A program made the position numbers and the translations under genes. This document shows, piece by piece, positions 30,318 through 44,733 of a stretch of DNA of 64,000 nucleotides. Source of the DNA: the human T2T-CHM13v2.0 reference genome, Homo sapiens; NCBI RefSeq assembly GCF_009914755.1, contig NC_060929.1, one strand, 5' to 3'. Numbering within the stretch: the first letter of the stretch is position 1; each line of letters opens with the position of its first letter. The notes beneath the pieces are model-generated. The model worked only from the letters and a program-made list of their open reading frames with translations. It was not told where the DNA came from and made no database searches.

Positions 30318-30536
30318 CAATGCTGTCTATCAGAACTTTCTGAGATCAGAGAAATTTGCTAACTCTGCATTATCCAATATGATAGCCACTGGCCATGTGT
30401 GGCTATGGAGCTCATGGAATGTAGCTGGCATGAATGAGGAAGTGAATTTTTATTTAATTTAATTTAGCTTAATTTAATTAATCTTAATTTAAACTTAGAC
30501 ACATGTGGCTGGTGGCTACCATTTTGGGTACAGCAG
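30318..30536. mobile_element. MER3 (hAT-Charlie)
   Basis: caatgctgtctatcagaactttctg...tccaatatgatagccact...cacatgtggctggtggctaccattttgg. Confidence 0.8.
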
Positions 30537-31229
30537 GTTTAAAGAGATGTTGAAAAATGTTTTTTAAAAAAGGTCAACATCTAGTTTATGCAATCTACAA
30601 ATTAGGTTATTTTTGTCTTAGATTCTGATTATTAGTTTATTTTCATGCCTGAATTACATTCTCAAATGTAATCAATGTATTCCGTGGTGCTCATATTTGC
30701 TGGTGCTCATGTCTTCCTTCTTCTTCATTGTCTAGTAGTATTTGCAGTGTTATCCGCCCCCGCTTTAAAATGGCACATTAGCCACCTTAATCCTGCAGCA
30801 TCCTGACTTTCTTCCTCATTCTCTCCTTGGTCTTTTCCTCTTCTTTCCAGTTTTCCTCAATATTATGGATATTCACTACAACTCAGACTTACTCTTTTGG
30901 ATTCAGCACAAAGCTCTGACTCGTGTGTTCCATGAGAAGATATGTCTAATTCTAATCTTCCAGTGGTCTATCTTAGCATCTCACACTTTCTCCTTGAAAT
31001 TTCCTATTCGATGCTCAAAAATCTAAGTTTAAAATTAAAATCTAACTCATAAGTTATCTCCCAAAATTAACTCCCCATGCAATGTTGAAAAGGCACTGCT
31101 GTATTTTCTGTTATCTAAACTGTTATTTTCTGTTATCTATACTTGAAGCCTTGGCCATCCTTGAATTTTCACACTTCTTTGCACTCCCTCTCAACTCAGT
31201 CAATACATCCTAGCTATTCTTCTTCTTCA

Positions 31230-31337
31230 TTTTTTTTTAAATGGACACTCCATGAATTTGTATGTCCTCCTGGTGCAAGGGCTATGCTAATCTCTGTATC
31301 ATTCTAATTTTAATATATGCACTGTCAAAGTGAGAAC
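31230..31337 (-). pseudogene. U6 snRNA retro-pseudogene (RNU6-family), diverged
   Basis: Minus strand GTTCTCACTTTGACAGTGCATATATTAAAATTAGAATGATACAGAGATTAGCATAGCCCTTGCACCAGGAGGACATACAAATTCATGGAGTGTCCATTT + A9 aligns along the full length of U6; CpG decay; 3-nt deletion next to the ACAGAGA box. Confidence 0.9.
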
Positions 31338-31689
31338 AGTTCTTTCTTTTTACTAGATGTTAGGTCATAATTTGTTTCCTTTTCATCTGTCCATACCCAG
31401 GCTTAGATCTTCTTTAGTTGACATGCATTATTTTCAGTCCCCAAATTGGTGTTATTACCTTCAGTCTCAATTGGGGTTGTACTATCCACTTCAATTCTCT
31501 CTCATCCAACTTTTCTTCACGCATCTTATCCTTCAGGTACATTGGACTGCCCATTCTTGCTGACTCAGTCTTGCTTTTCCAACCATGTGCTTTTGCTTAA
31601 AACAGCTAGCACTGACAGAATTGAGTTGCCTTAATTGTATATTCAAATCCTACATGCCCAAGTCTTGAAGTTTTATTCTGTTATTTACA

Positions 31690-31850
31690 TATTATTCATC
31701 AACTACTTAGTGAGTGTATGCTCTATGCAGGCATTGAGCTGGGCACTAAAGACAAAGTGAGAACAGGATCTCTGCTTTCAAGGAACTGACATTTTAGTGG
31801 GAGAATCTGACAAGTAAATAGGTAGTTATGATAGAGTGTAATAAACTTTC
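31690..31850 (-). mobile_element. L2 3' end
   Basis: attcatcaactacttagtgagtgtatgctctatgcaggcattgagctgggcact...ctgctttcaaggaactgacattttagtggg. Confidence 0.7.
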
Positions 31851-32056
31851 ATCTCATCATCTTCTGGAAACCATCCCAAGCCATGTTGGCTCCTCAGAAC
31901 TAAGATATTACTCTTAATTACACTTAATTATATTACTAATTTCATCTGTTTCCCTGTCAGTGATACATTTTAATTTGTTAATCTTATTTACTTGATTAGA
32001 TTATAAACTCCTTAAGGGCAAAAAGTAAATTTTGTATAGCTGAATATACCTCATAG

Positions 32057-32415
<359 letters not shown>

Positions 32416-32599
32416 AATATCCAGCAATTTATAAGAGAACTATTTTTTTAACCTTTGGAATCTTGCCTATACACTGCATAATCATTTCTCTGCCCATGTA
32501 AAATAGAAGAATATAGTGAGAGAGAGTGAGGTTTGTTCATATTCAGTTTATATTGAATGCCACTGTTTTCCAATTCTGCTGTTGAGACCATCCACTGGG

Positions 32600-33905
32600 T
32601 TTTTTATTTTATTTTTTTATTTCCATAGGTTTTTGGGGAACAGGTGATGTTTTGTTACATGAATAAGTTCTTTAGTGGTGATTTCTAAGATTTTGGTGCA
32701 GCCATCACTCGAGCAGTGTTCACTGTACCCAAAGTGTAGTCTTAGCCCTCACCCCCCATGCCACTCTTTCCCCCGAGTCCCCAAAGTCCATTGTGTCATT
32801 CTTATGTCTTTTTGTCTTTGTAGCTTAGCTCCCACTTATGCGTGAGAACATGTAATGTTTAGTTTTCCATTCCTGAGTTACTTCACTTAGAATAATGGTC
32901 TCCAATTCCATCCAGATTGCTCCAAATGCCATTATTTTATTCCTTTTTATGGCTGTGTAGTATTCCATGGTGTGTATATATATATATATCACATATATAT
33001 ACAATATACATATATATACCACATATATACACCATATATGTATGTGTGAATATACACATATATATATTCACACATTTTCTTTATCCACTCATTGATTGAT
33101 GGATATCTGGGCTAGTTCCATATTTTTGCAATTGCCAATTGTGCTGCTGTAAACATGCTTGTGCAAGTATCTTTTTCATATGACTTATTTTCCTCTAGGT
33201 AGATACCCAGAAGTGAGATTGCTGGATCAAATGGTAATCTATTTTCAGTTCTTTAAGGAATCTCCATACTGTTTTTCATAGTGATTGTAGTAGTTTACAT
33301 TCCCACCAACAGTGTAAAAGTATTCCCTTTTTACCGCATCCATGTCAACATCTATTATTTCTTGATTTTTAAATTATGGCCATTTTGCAGGAGTAAGGTG
33401 ATATTGCATTGTGGTTTTCATTTGCATTTCCCTGATAAATAGTTATGCTGAGCAGTTTTTCATATGTTTGTTTGCTATTTGTATATCTTCTTTTGAAAAT
33501 TGTCTATTCATGTCCTTAGCCCCACTAAAAATCCTACTTTTTGATGGGATTTTTTTTTCTTGCTGATTTGAGTTCTTTGTACATTCTGGATATTAGTCCT
33601 TTGCTGGATGTATAGATTGCTAAGATTTTCTCCCACTCTGTGTGTTGTCTGTTTACTCTGCTGATTATTTCTTTTGCTGGGCAGAAGCTTTTTAGTTTAA
33701 TTAAGTCCCATCTATTTATCTTTCTTTTTGTTGTTTTTTGCTTTTGGGTTCTTGGTCATGAAGGATTTGCCTAAACCAGTGTCTAGAAGGGTTTTTCCAA
33801 TGTTATCTTCCAACATTTTTATGGTTTCAGGTCTTAGACATAAGTCTTTGATCCATCTTGAGTTGATTTTTATATAACGTGAGGGATGAGGATCCAGTTT
33901 CATAC
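32600..33905 (-). mobile_element. 5'-truncated L1PB1-like element with internal (TA/CA)n tract (~32970-33070)
   Basis: ccataggtttttggggaacaggtg...ttacatgaataagttctttagtggtgatttc 3' end; ORF2 C-terminal peptides KLDPH...INSRWIKDL and HTMEYY. Confidence 0.88.
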
Positions 33906-34329
33906 TGAATGCCAATTTTAGATGTGAATTCAATTACTTATATTATTTAAAGTATAATAAGTATTACAAAATGTTAGATGCTTATGCTTCAGATCGCCCT
34001 TATTCAAAATCCTCAATACATCTTAAAAATGCAGAACATAAATTGGAATTGTAACTACAAACTGCTATGAAATTTATGAAATATATGCTAATAATAAGAA
34101 GCCAATAATAAAATAATTGTAAGGTTTTGTAAATGGATGTTGATATTTTTTGAAAGTGCATCTTTTATTAATATAGTTGAATATATGAAGCCCCAATTGG
34201 AAGAAGCAGATTTTTTAAACAGAGTAATTTTTAAAAGTAAGTATAAATGTGCACTTGGCATCTGAGCAAAAAAATGAGAATTATTCTAATTCTCTTTCCA
34301 TATAAACTTATTTCTCTTTGCTTTTGTTT

Positions 34330-35525
34330 TAATTTTTAAAAAACAGTTTATTAAGGTATAGTTGTTTATAAAATAAACTACACATATTTACAGTGTAAAA
34401 TTTGATATATTTTGACATTTGTATGGGCCAGTGAAGCTATCACCACAATCAAGATGATGAAAATTTCCATTGCTCTAAAACATTTCCTCATTTTTTTTGT
34501 AATTCTTCCCAACACCTCTGCTTATCTCCCATGTCAAAGGCAATCACTCATCTCTTCTGTCAGTATAGATTTGTATTTTTTGTAATTTTATGTAAATGGG
34601 ATTATGCACTTTCTTGTCTGGCTTCTTTCACTTAATATAATCGTTTTGAGATTCATCCACATTATAGCATTTAACATTAGTTCACTACTTTTCATTGCTG
34701 AGCAGTATTCTATCGTGTGTGTATACAACAGTTTTTCTATTTACTAGTTGCTGGACATTTGTATTGTTTCCAGTTAGGGGCTATTACAAATGCATGTACA
34801 TATGCTTTAGTCTATTGTAGATACATATCTAGGACTGGAAGGACTAGGTTGTGTAATAAGATGTTAAAAAGCCATTTTTCAAAGTTGTTGTGCTCTTTTA
34901 CATTTCCAGTCACAGTGTATGAAAATCCCAGTTGTTACACATCCTTGCCTACACTTGGTATTATCACCCTTAAAATTTGGGCTGTTCTAATGCATATGTA
35001 GTTACATTGCATTATGATTTTAATTTGTGTTTTCCCAATGACTAACAGTGTTGATAAACTTTTTATGTGTTTTTCAGCCAATTAAATATTTTTGTGACTA
35101 TCTGTTCAAATGTATTGCTTGTTTTTTTGTTTGTTTTTCTTCTTATTGAGTTATAAGAGATATACTCTGGCTACAAGTTCCTTACCTGGTATGTTTTGTT
35201 ACTCTTTTCTCTGAGCTTGTCGTTTGCCTTATTTTTTTAATCTTTGAAAAGAAAGACAATTAAATATAATGATGTCTAATTTATTTTAAAAATTTTGTGC
35301 TTTGTATTTTATATATTCTACCAAAAAAAACTTTGTCTCCCTCAAAGTTACAAAGATTTTCTTGTTTTTATTTTAGAAGTTTTGTGGTTTCAGGTATTGC
35401 ATTTAGGCTTATTTCCATTTGGTATGGATTTCATATATGGTGTAAAATATGATTTAAAATTCATTTTTTGGCATAGATATTTTAGCACCATTTGTAAATA
35501 AGATGATTCTTTCTCCACAGAATCA
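34330..35525 (-). mobile_element. Old L1MC/MD-type 3' end
   Basis: tttattaaggtatag...atcaccacaatcaagat...ttttgagattcatcca...attgctgagcagtattc. Confidence 0.7.
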
Positions 35526-35544
35526 CCTTCATGATTTTGATGCC

Positions 35545-36295
35545 TTAAACAATCATTAATCTACTTTCTGTCTTTGTAGACTTGCCTGTTCTGGTTATTT
35601 CATATAGATGGAATAATAAAATATGTGATATTTTGTGACTGGCTCATTTCACTTAGAATACTGTTTACATGTTGTAGCATATATAAGTGCTTTATTCATT
35701 TTTATGGTTGAAAAATATTTCATTATATGGATCTGCTATGTTTATTCATCATTTGATGAATATTTGGGTTATTTTCATTTTTTACTATTATGAGTAATGC
35801 TGCTTATGGACAATTTATGTGCAAGTTTTTGTGTGGACATATGTTTTTATTTATTTTGAGTGTTTACCTAAGAGTGGAGTTGCTGGGTTGTATTTTAACT
35901 CTGCCTCACTTTTTGGGAAACAAAGTTTTCTCTAGTGGCCACACCATTTTACATTCCCACAAGTGATGTATATTGGTTCCAATTCACCAACACTTGTTAT
36001 TTATTGCCTGTTGTAAGTAGGTGTGAAGTGTTATCTCATTGCAGTTTTGATTTGCATTTCCCTAGTGGCTAATGGTGTCGAGCATCTTTGTATGTACATA
36101 TTGGCCATTTGTATATCGTTTTTAAATAAATGACTATTCAAATTGTTTGCCCATTTTTACATTGAGTTTTAGTCTTTTTATTGATGCAATATAAGAATTC
36201 TTTATATATTCTAATGTAAGTCCCTTACTAGATCCATAATAGTCAAATATTTTCTCCCATTGTGTGGATTGTCTTTTCACATTTTCATGGTTTCA
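35545..36295 (-). mobile_element. Old L1MB-type 3' fragment
   Basis: caatcattaatctactttctgtct...ttgcctgttctgg...caagtttttgtgtggacatatgtttt. Confidence 0.7.
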
Positions 36296-37003
36296 TTTTC
36301 TCTGTTATTTTAAAGATTGCTTTAGGATTTATGGCATATGTTTTTAATTTATCACAGTCTACCTTCAGATGATAGTGTGTTATTTCACATACTGTATAGA
36401 AACCTAGGAAATTTACAATGGTGTATTTTCATTTCCTTACTCCTGGCCTTTGTGATATTGTTATCATACTTTTAAGTATGCTATGGATCCCACATTGCCT
36501 TGATAATTATTATTTTTGTTTAAACAATCAATTATCTTTTATGTAGATTTAAGTAATAAGAAAATTTATGGTATTTTAGATTTATTTCTACAGATCTATA
36601 TTTTTATCTGGTAGCACTTACCAATATTTCTACCTGAATAATTTTTTTCAACATTTCTTCTAGTTAAAATTTACTGATGATGCATTCTTTCAACTACTGT
36701 ATGACTGAGAAAGCCTTAATTTTCATACTAATTTTGAAAGGTATTTTTCCTAGGTATAGAATTCTAGGTAAAGAGTTTTAGTTTTTTCCTTACTTCGGTA
36801 TTTAAAGGTGTTATTTCACTGTCTTCTTGCTTATTTTGATGGTTTCTGATGAACAATCTGCTGTTATTCTTATACATTAAATGTCTTTTTTCTCTAATTG
36901 CTATTACAATTTTCTGTCATTGATTTAAAAAATATTTATTATGATGTTCCCTAATGTAATTTTTAAAATACTTCTTGGATCTGTGGGATTATATATATAT
37001 ATA

Positions 37004-37288
37004 TTTTTTTTTTTTTCTTTTTTTGAGATGGGGTCTCACTGTCACCCAGGCTGGAGTACGGTGGCATGATCATGGCTCACTGTGGTCTTGACCTCCCCAG
37101 GCTTGGGTGATCCTCCCACCTCAGCCTCCCGAGTAGCTGGGACTACAGGCATGCCCCACCACACCTGCCTAATTTTTTGTATTTTTGTAGAGACAGGGTT
37201 TCTCCATGTTGCCCAGGCTGGTGTTGGATTCCTGGACTCAAGCAATCCACCTACCTCAGCCTCCCAAAGTGCTAGGATAACAGGCATA
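37004..37288 (-). mobile_element. AluJ, slightly 5'-truncated, with (TA)n in the tail
   Basis: atcatggctcactg, gatcctcccacctcagcc and ggactcaagcaatcc are AluJ diagnostics. Confidence 0.9.
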
Positions 37289-37384
37289 TTTTTAGCATAT
37301 TTTTGTTTATTATTGCTTCAAATATATTTTTTTCTCCCCATTTTAGGGACTCCAGTTACATTTATGCTTAAAGTTATTCCATGA

Positions 37385-37746
<362 letters not shown>

Positions 37747-38663
37747 TCATTTTGAATAGATTCTAATGGTATATGTTCAATTTCAGTAATATTTTCTTCT
37801 GTAACATCTTATCTGCTGTTAAGTTATAACAATTATTTAAATATCCTTGGTTGTATTCTAACATCCATGTCAATTTTGGTTTAGCTTCTGATTATGGGTG
37901 ATACTTTTCTGCTTTCTTGTATATCTGGTAATTTTTAATAAAATGGCAGACATTATGAATTTTATCTTACTAGGTGCTGGATATTTTTGTATTCCTACAA
38001 ATGTTACTAAGTTTTCTTTCTGGGATGTAATTAAATTATTGGAAACATGTTGATCCTTTTGTGTCTTTCTTTAAAGACATTATTGAGAGCCAGGCAATGT
38101 TAATCTAGGCCTAATTACTCTCCACTACTCAGGCAAGGTATTTCTGATCACACTATCCGGTATCCCATAATTACGATATTTTTAAGTCAGGCTGGTGAGA
38201 GTATGCATCATTCCTGGTCTTACGTGATTACTGAACACCTTCTGCCTTTTATATTGTTCTTTTTCCTTGGCCTTAGTTTCCTCACATGCATGTGATGATC
38301 AGCACTCTGTTGAATATTTGAGAAGAACCATCTGCATATCTTTGGAGTTTGCATTTTGTGCAGCTTTCTCTTCCTTGATACTGTGTCATTCAAGTTCTAC
38401 TTTTCTGGTTTCCCTGGAAGCTCAGCTTCATCTTCTTATCTTAAAGAGTGGGATAAGAGTGGGGCCTCTCTGAGCAGTGGCCTGGAAATTCTTTCAAGGC
38501 TATACATTGGAAAAGTTGTAGGACTCACTTTGTTTTCTCTCTCAGAGATTACTGTTCTTGTTTTCAGATGTCCAGTGCCTTGAAAATCATTGTTTCATAT
38601 TTTGTCCGTTAATTTGACTAATTTAGGCAGCAGGGCAAATCTAGTCCCTGTTACTATGGAGAC

Positions 38664-39309
38664 TGTGTAAGGCAGAAGTTTAAAAATGACCTTGCAACAT
38701 TGGTCACCCTAATTCCCAAGACTGTAAATATGGTAGGATATTAAGCCTGTGAATATGTTACATTATGTTTCAAAAGCATTTTTGCTAATGTAATTAAAGT
38801 CACCAGTCAACTGATTTGAAGATGGGGAGATTATCCTAGATTATTTAAATGGACTTAACTAATCCCATGAACCCTTTAAAAGCAATAGTTTTTGCTAACC
38901 GGCAGCAGAAGAGGATGTTCCAGGTGTGAGAGATTCCAGGTGTAGGAAGGATTTGTTGTATCATTTAAACTCATCTTTAAAAAAAGTAGAGGGCTACCTG
39001 AGAAGGAATGCTGGTGGCCTATAATAACAGAAAGAAGCTCCCAGTTGACATACAGCAAGGAAATAGGGTCCTTAGACCTAAAGCCACAATGAAGTGGATT
39101 CTTCCAATACCCTGAATATGCTTGGAAGTGAGTCTTCCCCAAAGCCTCCGCACAAGAGCTCAGTCCAGCTGACACCTTCATTTTGGTCTAATGAGACCTT
39201 CTGCTGGGTTCTCAGCTGACCTACAGAACTGTAGTATGACAAATGGATCTTGTTTGAAACTGCTACTAAGTTGATGATGATTTGTACACAGCAGTATAAC
39301 GCTAATACA
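38664..39309 (+). mobile_element. MLT1E-type solo LTR
   Basis: aggcagaagtttaaaaatgacc...gggagattatcctagatta...cagctgacaccttcattt...acctacagaactgt...gctaataca. Confidence 0.8.
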
Positions 39310-39597
39310 GAAATACATAGTCTTTACGTTTTCCCTGCTACCAAAAGGTCTGGCTACTTTGTATAAGCTGCATGTATTAGCCCAGACTTGTGCTTGGTAC
39401 CTCTCTAGTCTACTACTAGTATAATCCTCCTGCTTTACTGGAATTCTACCTTTTTTTTTTTTTTTTTCCGTTTCCTGGTGGTCACTTTTAACTTCTAGCT
39501 CAGTGTTGTGTTGCTATTCTGGGCTTCTCCATCATTTATCCTGGTAATGAGAAGTATCCTCTATTTAGCTGCCATTCTCTCTCTGTTTCTCTCTCTC

Positions 39598-39899
39598 TTT
39601 TTTTTTTTTTGTTTTTTTGAGACAGAGTCTTGCTCTGTTGCCCAGGCTGGAGTGCAGTGTTGTGATCTGGGCTCACTGCAACCTCCGGCCCCTGTACTCA
39701 AGGGATTCTCTCACCTCAGCCTCCTGAGTAGCTGGGATTACAGGTGTGCACCACCACGCCCAGCAAATTTTATATTTTTAGTAGAGAAGGGGTTTCACCA
39801 TGTTGGCCAGGCTGGTCTGGAACTCCTGATCTCAGGTGATCATTCTGCCTTGGCCTCCCAAAGTGCTGAGAGTACAGGTGTGAGCCACCATGCCTGGCC
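39598..39899 (-). mobile_element. AluS (Sx/Sz-like)
   Basis: Full dimer with CT-rich/poly(T) tail. Confidence 0.93.
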
Positions 39900-40728
39900 C
39901 AATCTCTCTGGTATTATTTGCTACATAAAGGTTTAGTAGCCTCTGTCTTTATTCCCATAAGACTCACTTAAAAGGCTGCCTGAAGGAAACTGGAATGTAG
40001 AAAATCAGTAAAATGTAACTGTTGTTCATGTTCACAGGCTGTGCTCATTACAGGAGATGCCTCAACTTGCACCCTTGATCTGTGTTGTCCCATCCTAGCC
40101 TGCTGCTACAGCGGGTCAATGATGAGACCCACTCTCTTGATCATCCTATTGTCTCATTTCCAATGTTGATATTTATTAAATACTATTTAATGGCATTGTT
40201 GGGATTAATTCATCTTCCCTCTGAATTATGGACTGAAATTTTTGAACTATAAGATACATACTTTTTAAAAAATGCCTGTAATAACTTAAGTACAATTACC
40301 ATGGCTTAAAAAGTCAATTTGTTTTAATTTTTTACTTTGACTTTTTGATACTTTCACAGTTCATCAGCATATTGGAGATGAGAAATAATTTTGATTAAAT
40401 GCATCTTTTGGTTTCCTTAAGAAATATTACTATGACTATGCATTTATTAATGTTTTAAAATCCCTGAAGTATGTTTATTCTATTTGCCTAATTTGCCTAT
40501 ATTTGCCAAATAAAGATCTCGTCTTCTGAAAAACTAAATAAATGTATCAAGTATCAAACATTAGGTTGTACCAAATTCATTTTTACTGAACTAGGCTTCT
40601 TAATTTAAAGCCTGAGTAATATGGCTTTAGTTATTGCATACAATACAATGTGATGATTATCATTCAGGCTAATTTTACTAGTTATTCTAAATATTCAGAT
40701 AGCAGGAATTACATGGTAACAGCGGCAG

Positions 40729-40972
40729 AAAGTTTTGAGAGTAGATCATTGTATATATAGGATAAAGTAGTGTATATGTAGGATAAAGTTTTGACAGTAG
40801 ATGTATATATAGGATAAAGTTTTGAGAGTAGACCAGTGTATATATAGGATAAAGTAGTGTATATGTAGGATAAAGTTTTGAGAGTAGATGTATATATAGG
40901 ATAAAATTTTGAGAGTAGATCAGTGTACATATAGGATAAAGTTTTGAGAGTCGATCAGTGTATATATAGAAT
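40729..40972. repeat. Minisatellite with higher-order structure: 35/21/31-bp units in the order A-B-C-A-B-C-A-A
   Basis: A=aaagttttgagagtagatcagtgtatatataggat, B=aaagtagtgtatatgtaggat, C=aaagttttgagagtagatgtatatataggat. Confidence 0.95.
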
Positions 40973-42814
40973 ATAGGAGAAATTCTGTAGGCTGACATCA
41001 TAGGATGTAAAGCTGGATAAAATGGTAGTAGAAAAGGTCATCACCTAAGTAGAAACTGTAGCCATAGCATATAGAGTTGATAATCGTCTTACTTTCCATT
41101 ATTATAAGTCTTCAGGTGTCTGAATAAGTCTATGGAAAATCCAGATTTTACCACCTGTTACCTCTGATGGCTAGGATTGATTACTAGTGATTTTTATCTT
41201 TTTCTTTTATTGCTTTGCTGTACTTGTCTACAATGTATATTTAGTTTTTGTGTGGGTCTTTGAAAATGTTAATTTAAAAACCTCTTTGGCATACCATAGT
41301 ATTTTTTCTAAATTTGTAATTGATAAATTAGGATCACTCAACTGACTTCATAGACTTTTGCATTAGAAAATTTTAAATGCAACTATTTTCTTAATCAGAG
41401 GATTATTTTGGTGAAGTTAGTATGTGAGGGAAATGGATAGAAATGTAAACATGGAATACTTTGAAAATTACTAGCTATGGCATTCTTGTCTTTGCCATCC
41501 CCAGTAGTTACTGTATGGGGCACTTTGGATTGCCCAAGGGAATTAGTTTCTATAGGGCTAAATATCAAGGGCTTGGTGACAGTAGTTTATTTTGCCATCA
41601 GCAAGATTAGTATCTCAGCATTCTAGACCTCATAGAATTCCTATAGCCATTTCAGAAGGCTGACTATATTGACATCTGACCACTTGGTAATTACAGCCTT
41701 AGCATGAGAAGTCACTGTCCAAGGTGAATGGTATTTCTTACGCATTCTAAATATCAGGAATATCAGGATTACCAGGGCTGATCCAGAGTGTCTGTCAAAT
41801 TCTCCAGACTGCTGACATCTGACCATTGATCAGTAGCTTCATGTTAGCATTTTCACTGTATCCCAAACTTTAAAAATCCTGAAACTGGACAGGTAGCCTG
41901 GGATTTGGGGAAAAGTCTTACTACATCTTATTGCTAAATTTGAAAGTTAAGAGTGGTTTAAAAATTATTGCTGTATGAAAGAAAATTGTCCATTTTTCTG
42001 ATTCTATGACCCTTGTCCCCAAGAAAATTGAATAAAGGAAAGCTCTTGTTAAATTCATACAAGGGTATATTTCTGTCCTTTTTTCCTATAAACATTGGGA
42101 GTGACTAATTGGAGTTTTCCCATCATATTCTACAAAGTCAAAAAGTAAAGGAGGGCTGATTACTTATTAGCTTAGAGTATAATTATCTAATGGAATGGAA
42201 AATTCCTTGGGCAATATTTGACAACATTGAGATGAATGACTTCATGATGTATACTAATTGTAATTTATAATCATGGCTTTGAATGCTGTTACACAAATCT
42301 CATGTATTGAGGAGTCACAGCAGATGTATTTATGTAAATAAAGGCAGGATTTGATTTCGTTAATATTGTCTTAGGGATAAAAACTAAGGTCAATGAATAA
42401 AAGTTACAGGAACGGAAGGAATAATTTACCAGAAAATGGGGTTATCTTAAAATACGGAGTGAGCTTTCACTGTAGGTGGTGAATTCCTTTTTTCTGAACA
42501 GGACAGTTAGTATTGGGACAGGTAGCCTCTGATGTTACTCCTTTACTGAATTTTTGCTACGTATTAACATTGTAGACATAAACTCAAAGGCCTCTCAGTA
42601 CAGATAAACTCAGTTTCATTCAAATGGAGAGTGGAGCCTATGGCAAATTGAAGAGAATGCCTGCTCTGCCTAAAGTAATTTAAATTCAAATAATAAATAA
42701 ACTCCATTGTGCTGGCTAAATAAAATTTATTATCTGGCTAACCGTCAGATCCACAGTGGTAGGCATATTCATATGCAAGATTTTTCTCTTGCCATTAAAA
42801 TCTATATTATTCTG

Positions 42815-42930
42815 ATTTTATCCATAAAGAATATGAGATAAAGGAAACTGGGTAATTTGTCTAAGGTCAAATAGCTATTCAGTGGAAGAGCTAGGATCAA
42901 ACTCCAAGTACATTATATCATTTAACCTTC
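42815..42930 (-). mobile_element. MIR fragment
   Basis: ggtaatttgtctaaggtcaaatagctattcagtggaagagctaggatcaaactcc. Confidence 0.6.
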
Positions 42931-43221
42931 CTGATAACACAGACATTGAAAAGTTAAATCACTTATCTAATATACCCAACCTGTTTTTTAAAAAAGCCCC
43001 AAGCTGGTATATTGGCTACTTTATTCTAAGTCAGTTTGGGTTCTTTCATTGACATCTGTTGGTGGTGATGCTATTTTATAGATGACATCATGGGTCCTTG
43101 GGAAGGGTGATCCACATTCAATTTCAGGCGTGGTGCCATAAGGAAAATGAGAGAGGGATACACAGACAGAGTCAGAGCTTTATTTAAACAAAATAGTTGA
43201 CCACAAATAAGATATGGTGAG

Positions 43222-43701
43222 CGTAGTGAGCTGAAATCATGTCTCTCTTCCAAATTTATGTCCAGCCAGAACCTCAGAATGTGTTTGGATGTGGAAATAG
43301 GGATCTGTGGAGGGATTTAATTAAGGATCTAGAGATGAAATCATCCCAGAATTTAGGTGGGCCCTAAATTCATGTCTTGTGTCCTTTTAATAGAAGAAAC
43401 AGAGAGACCAACTAGCAAAGAAGAGCTAGCAACACAGAGAAAAAAGCCATATGGAGACAGAGGCAGATATTGGAGTTAAATGTTGCCACAGCCAAGTAAT
43501 GTTGAGGATTGCCAGCAACCACTAGAAACTAGGATAGAGGCATGGGACAGATTTTTCCTTAAAGTCTCCAGAAGGAACCAACCCTATTGACACCTTGATT
43601 TCAGGCCTCTAGCCTTCATAACTGTGAAAGAATAAATTTCTGTTGTTTTAAGCCAGACCATTTTTGTTTCTTTGTTATAGTGTCTTCAGCAAACTAATAT
43701 G
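43222..43701 (+). mobile_element. MLT1C-type solo LTR
   Basis: agaacctcagaatgtg...ccagaaggaaccaaccct...gacaccttgatttc...gaataaatttctgttgttttaagcca...aaactaatatg; 5-bp TSD GTGAG (43217-43221, 43702-43706). Confidence 0.88.
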
Positions 43702-44733
43702 GTGAGAAATTCTAAAAATTTACCCACCCTTCATCCACGTCTTCCCTCCCACCCATCCATATGCATATATACTTTCTAGCTTTGTGCCCTTGAAAATGTC
43801 AGCAGTAGAATTCTATTAAAGCATATTCTTAATAAACTTTTATAAAAATAAAAATATGTTACCTGGGAAGAGTAACACATCAAGCTATTAAGTATTAACA
43901 TAATAGCAGAGTTCTTTAAAAAATGATGATTGTTTCTAAAATCCCACTATAGAAGCTCTTATGCTGATTCAAACAGTATTTTAACTGGATTTGAGTGAGA
44001 ATATTTGAAGGTAAAAGTCAAGTGCTTCTGGCTATTAGTTTCTGAGAGTTGCAATTATTATAAATCATGAATATATCTTTAAAGCATAATTTATATCGTA
44101 TTAATGTACTAAAACTCATGGTGATATAGAATACATGATTATAGTTTGCAGCTCAAGGAAAGTATTTTTAAAGCAGTAGATTTAAATTTAGTATTAAACT
44201 TGTTCTCTATTTTTCAAGTATAGTAGGACTACAAATTCAGGTGATAGCTGAAAATCTTAGAAGATAATTAAGCCTATATTTCTTACCACTTTAGGTTACT
44301 TGGAAGGGTAAATATTTTAATGGGTACATTTTCTATCTACTTTCTCTTCAGATGCTGTGTGCAGGCTTTATTAAGCATAAAGAAATGAACCCAGACTCAA
44401 TTTATGACAAGTCTTTTTATTCATAATAGAATAAAGCATAATTTTTACTTCCTCTGCATAAAATACACATACATCTCCCATATAAATTTGAATTATTTTT
44501 TCTCATTTTCTTAGAGATGATGATTTCTTAAGAAGAATTCTAGCAAAACTTCTGAAATGCTATTGAGAGAAAAACCAGGGACCAAAAATGAATTTAGGTA
44601 TTATTTCATTCTTTTAAGCTTGTCTTTACAAACTATTCTTTTGTCCTATCAGCAGAGTGCTCTGAAATTTCTGGCATATTCTTGTCTCGCCATTCTTGGC
44701 TTCTGTAAATACTGCTTCTGTATCACTGTAGAT

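Noticed and set aside
40729-40972. CRISPR-like repeat array, and repetitive ORFs 40687-41001 / 40709-40930
   Set aside because: No unique spacers and no cas genes in primate DNA; the ORFs are translations of the minisatellite
44490-44605. Possible + strand coding exon (polypyrimidine-AG ... AG|GTATT)
   Set aside because: Stops in all three frames and a weak donor
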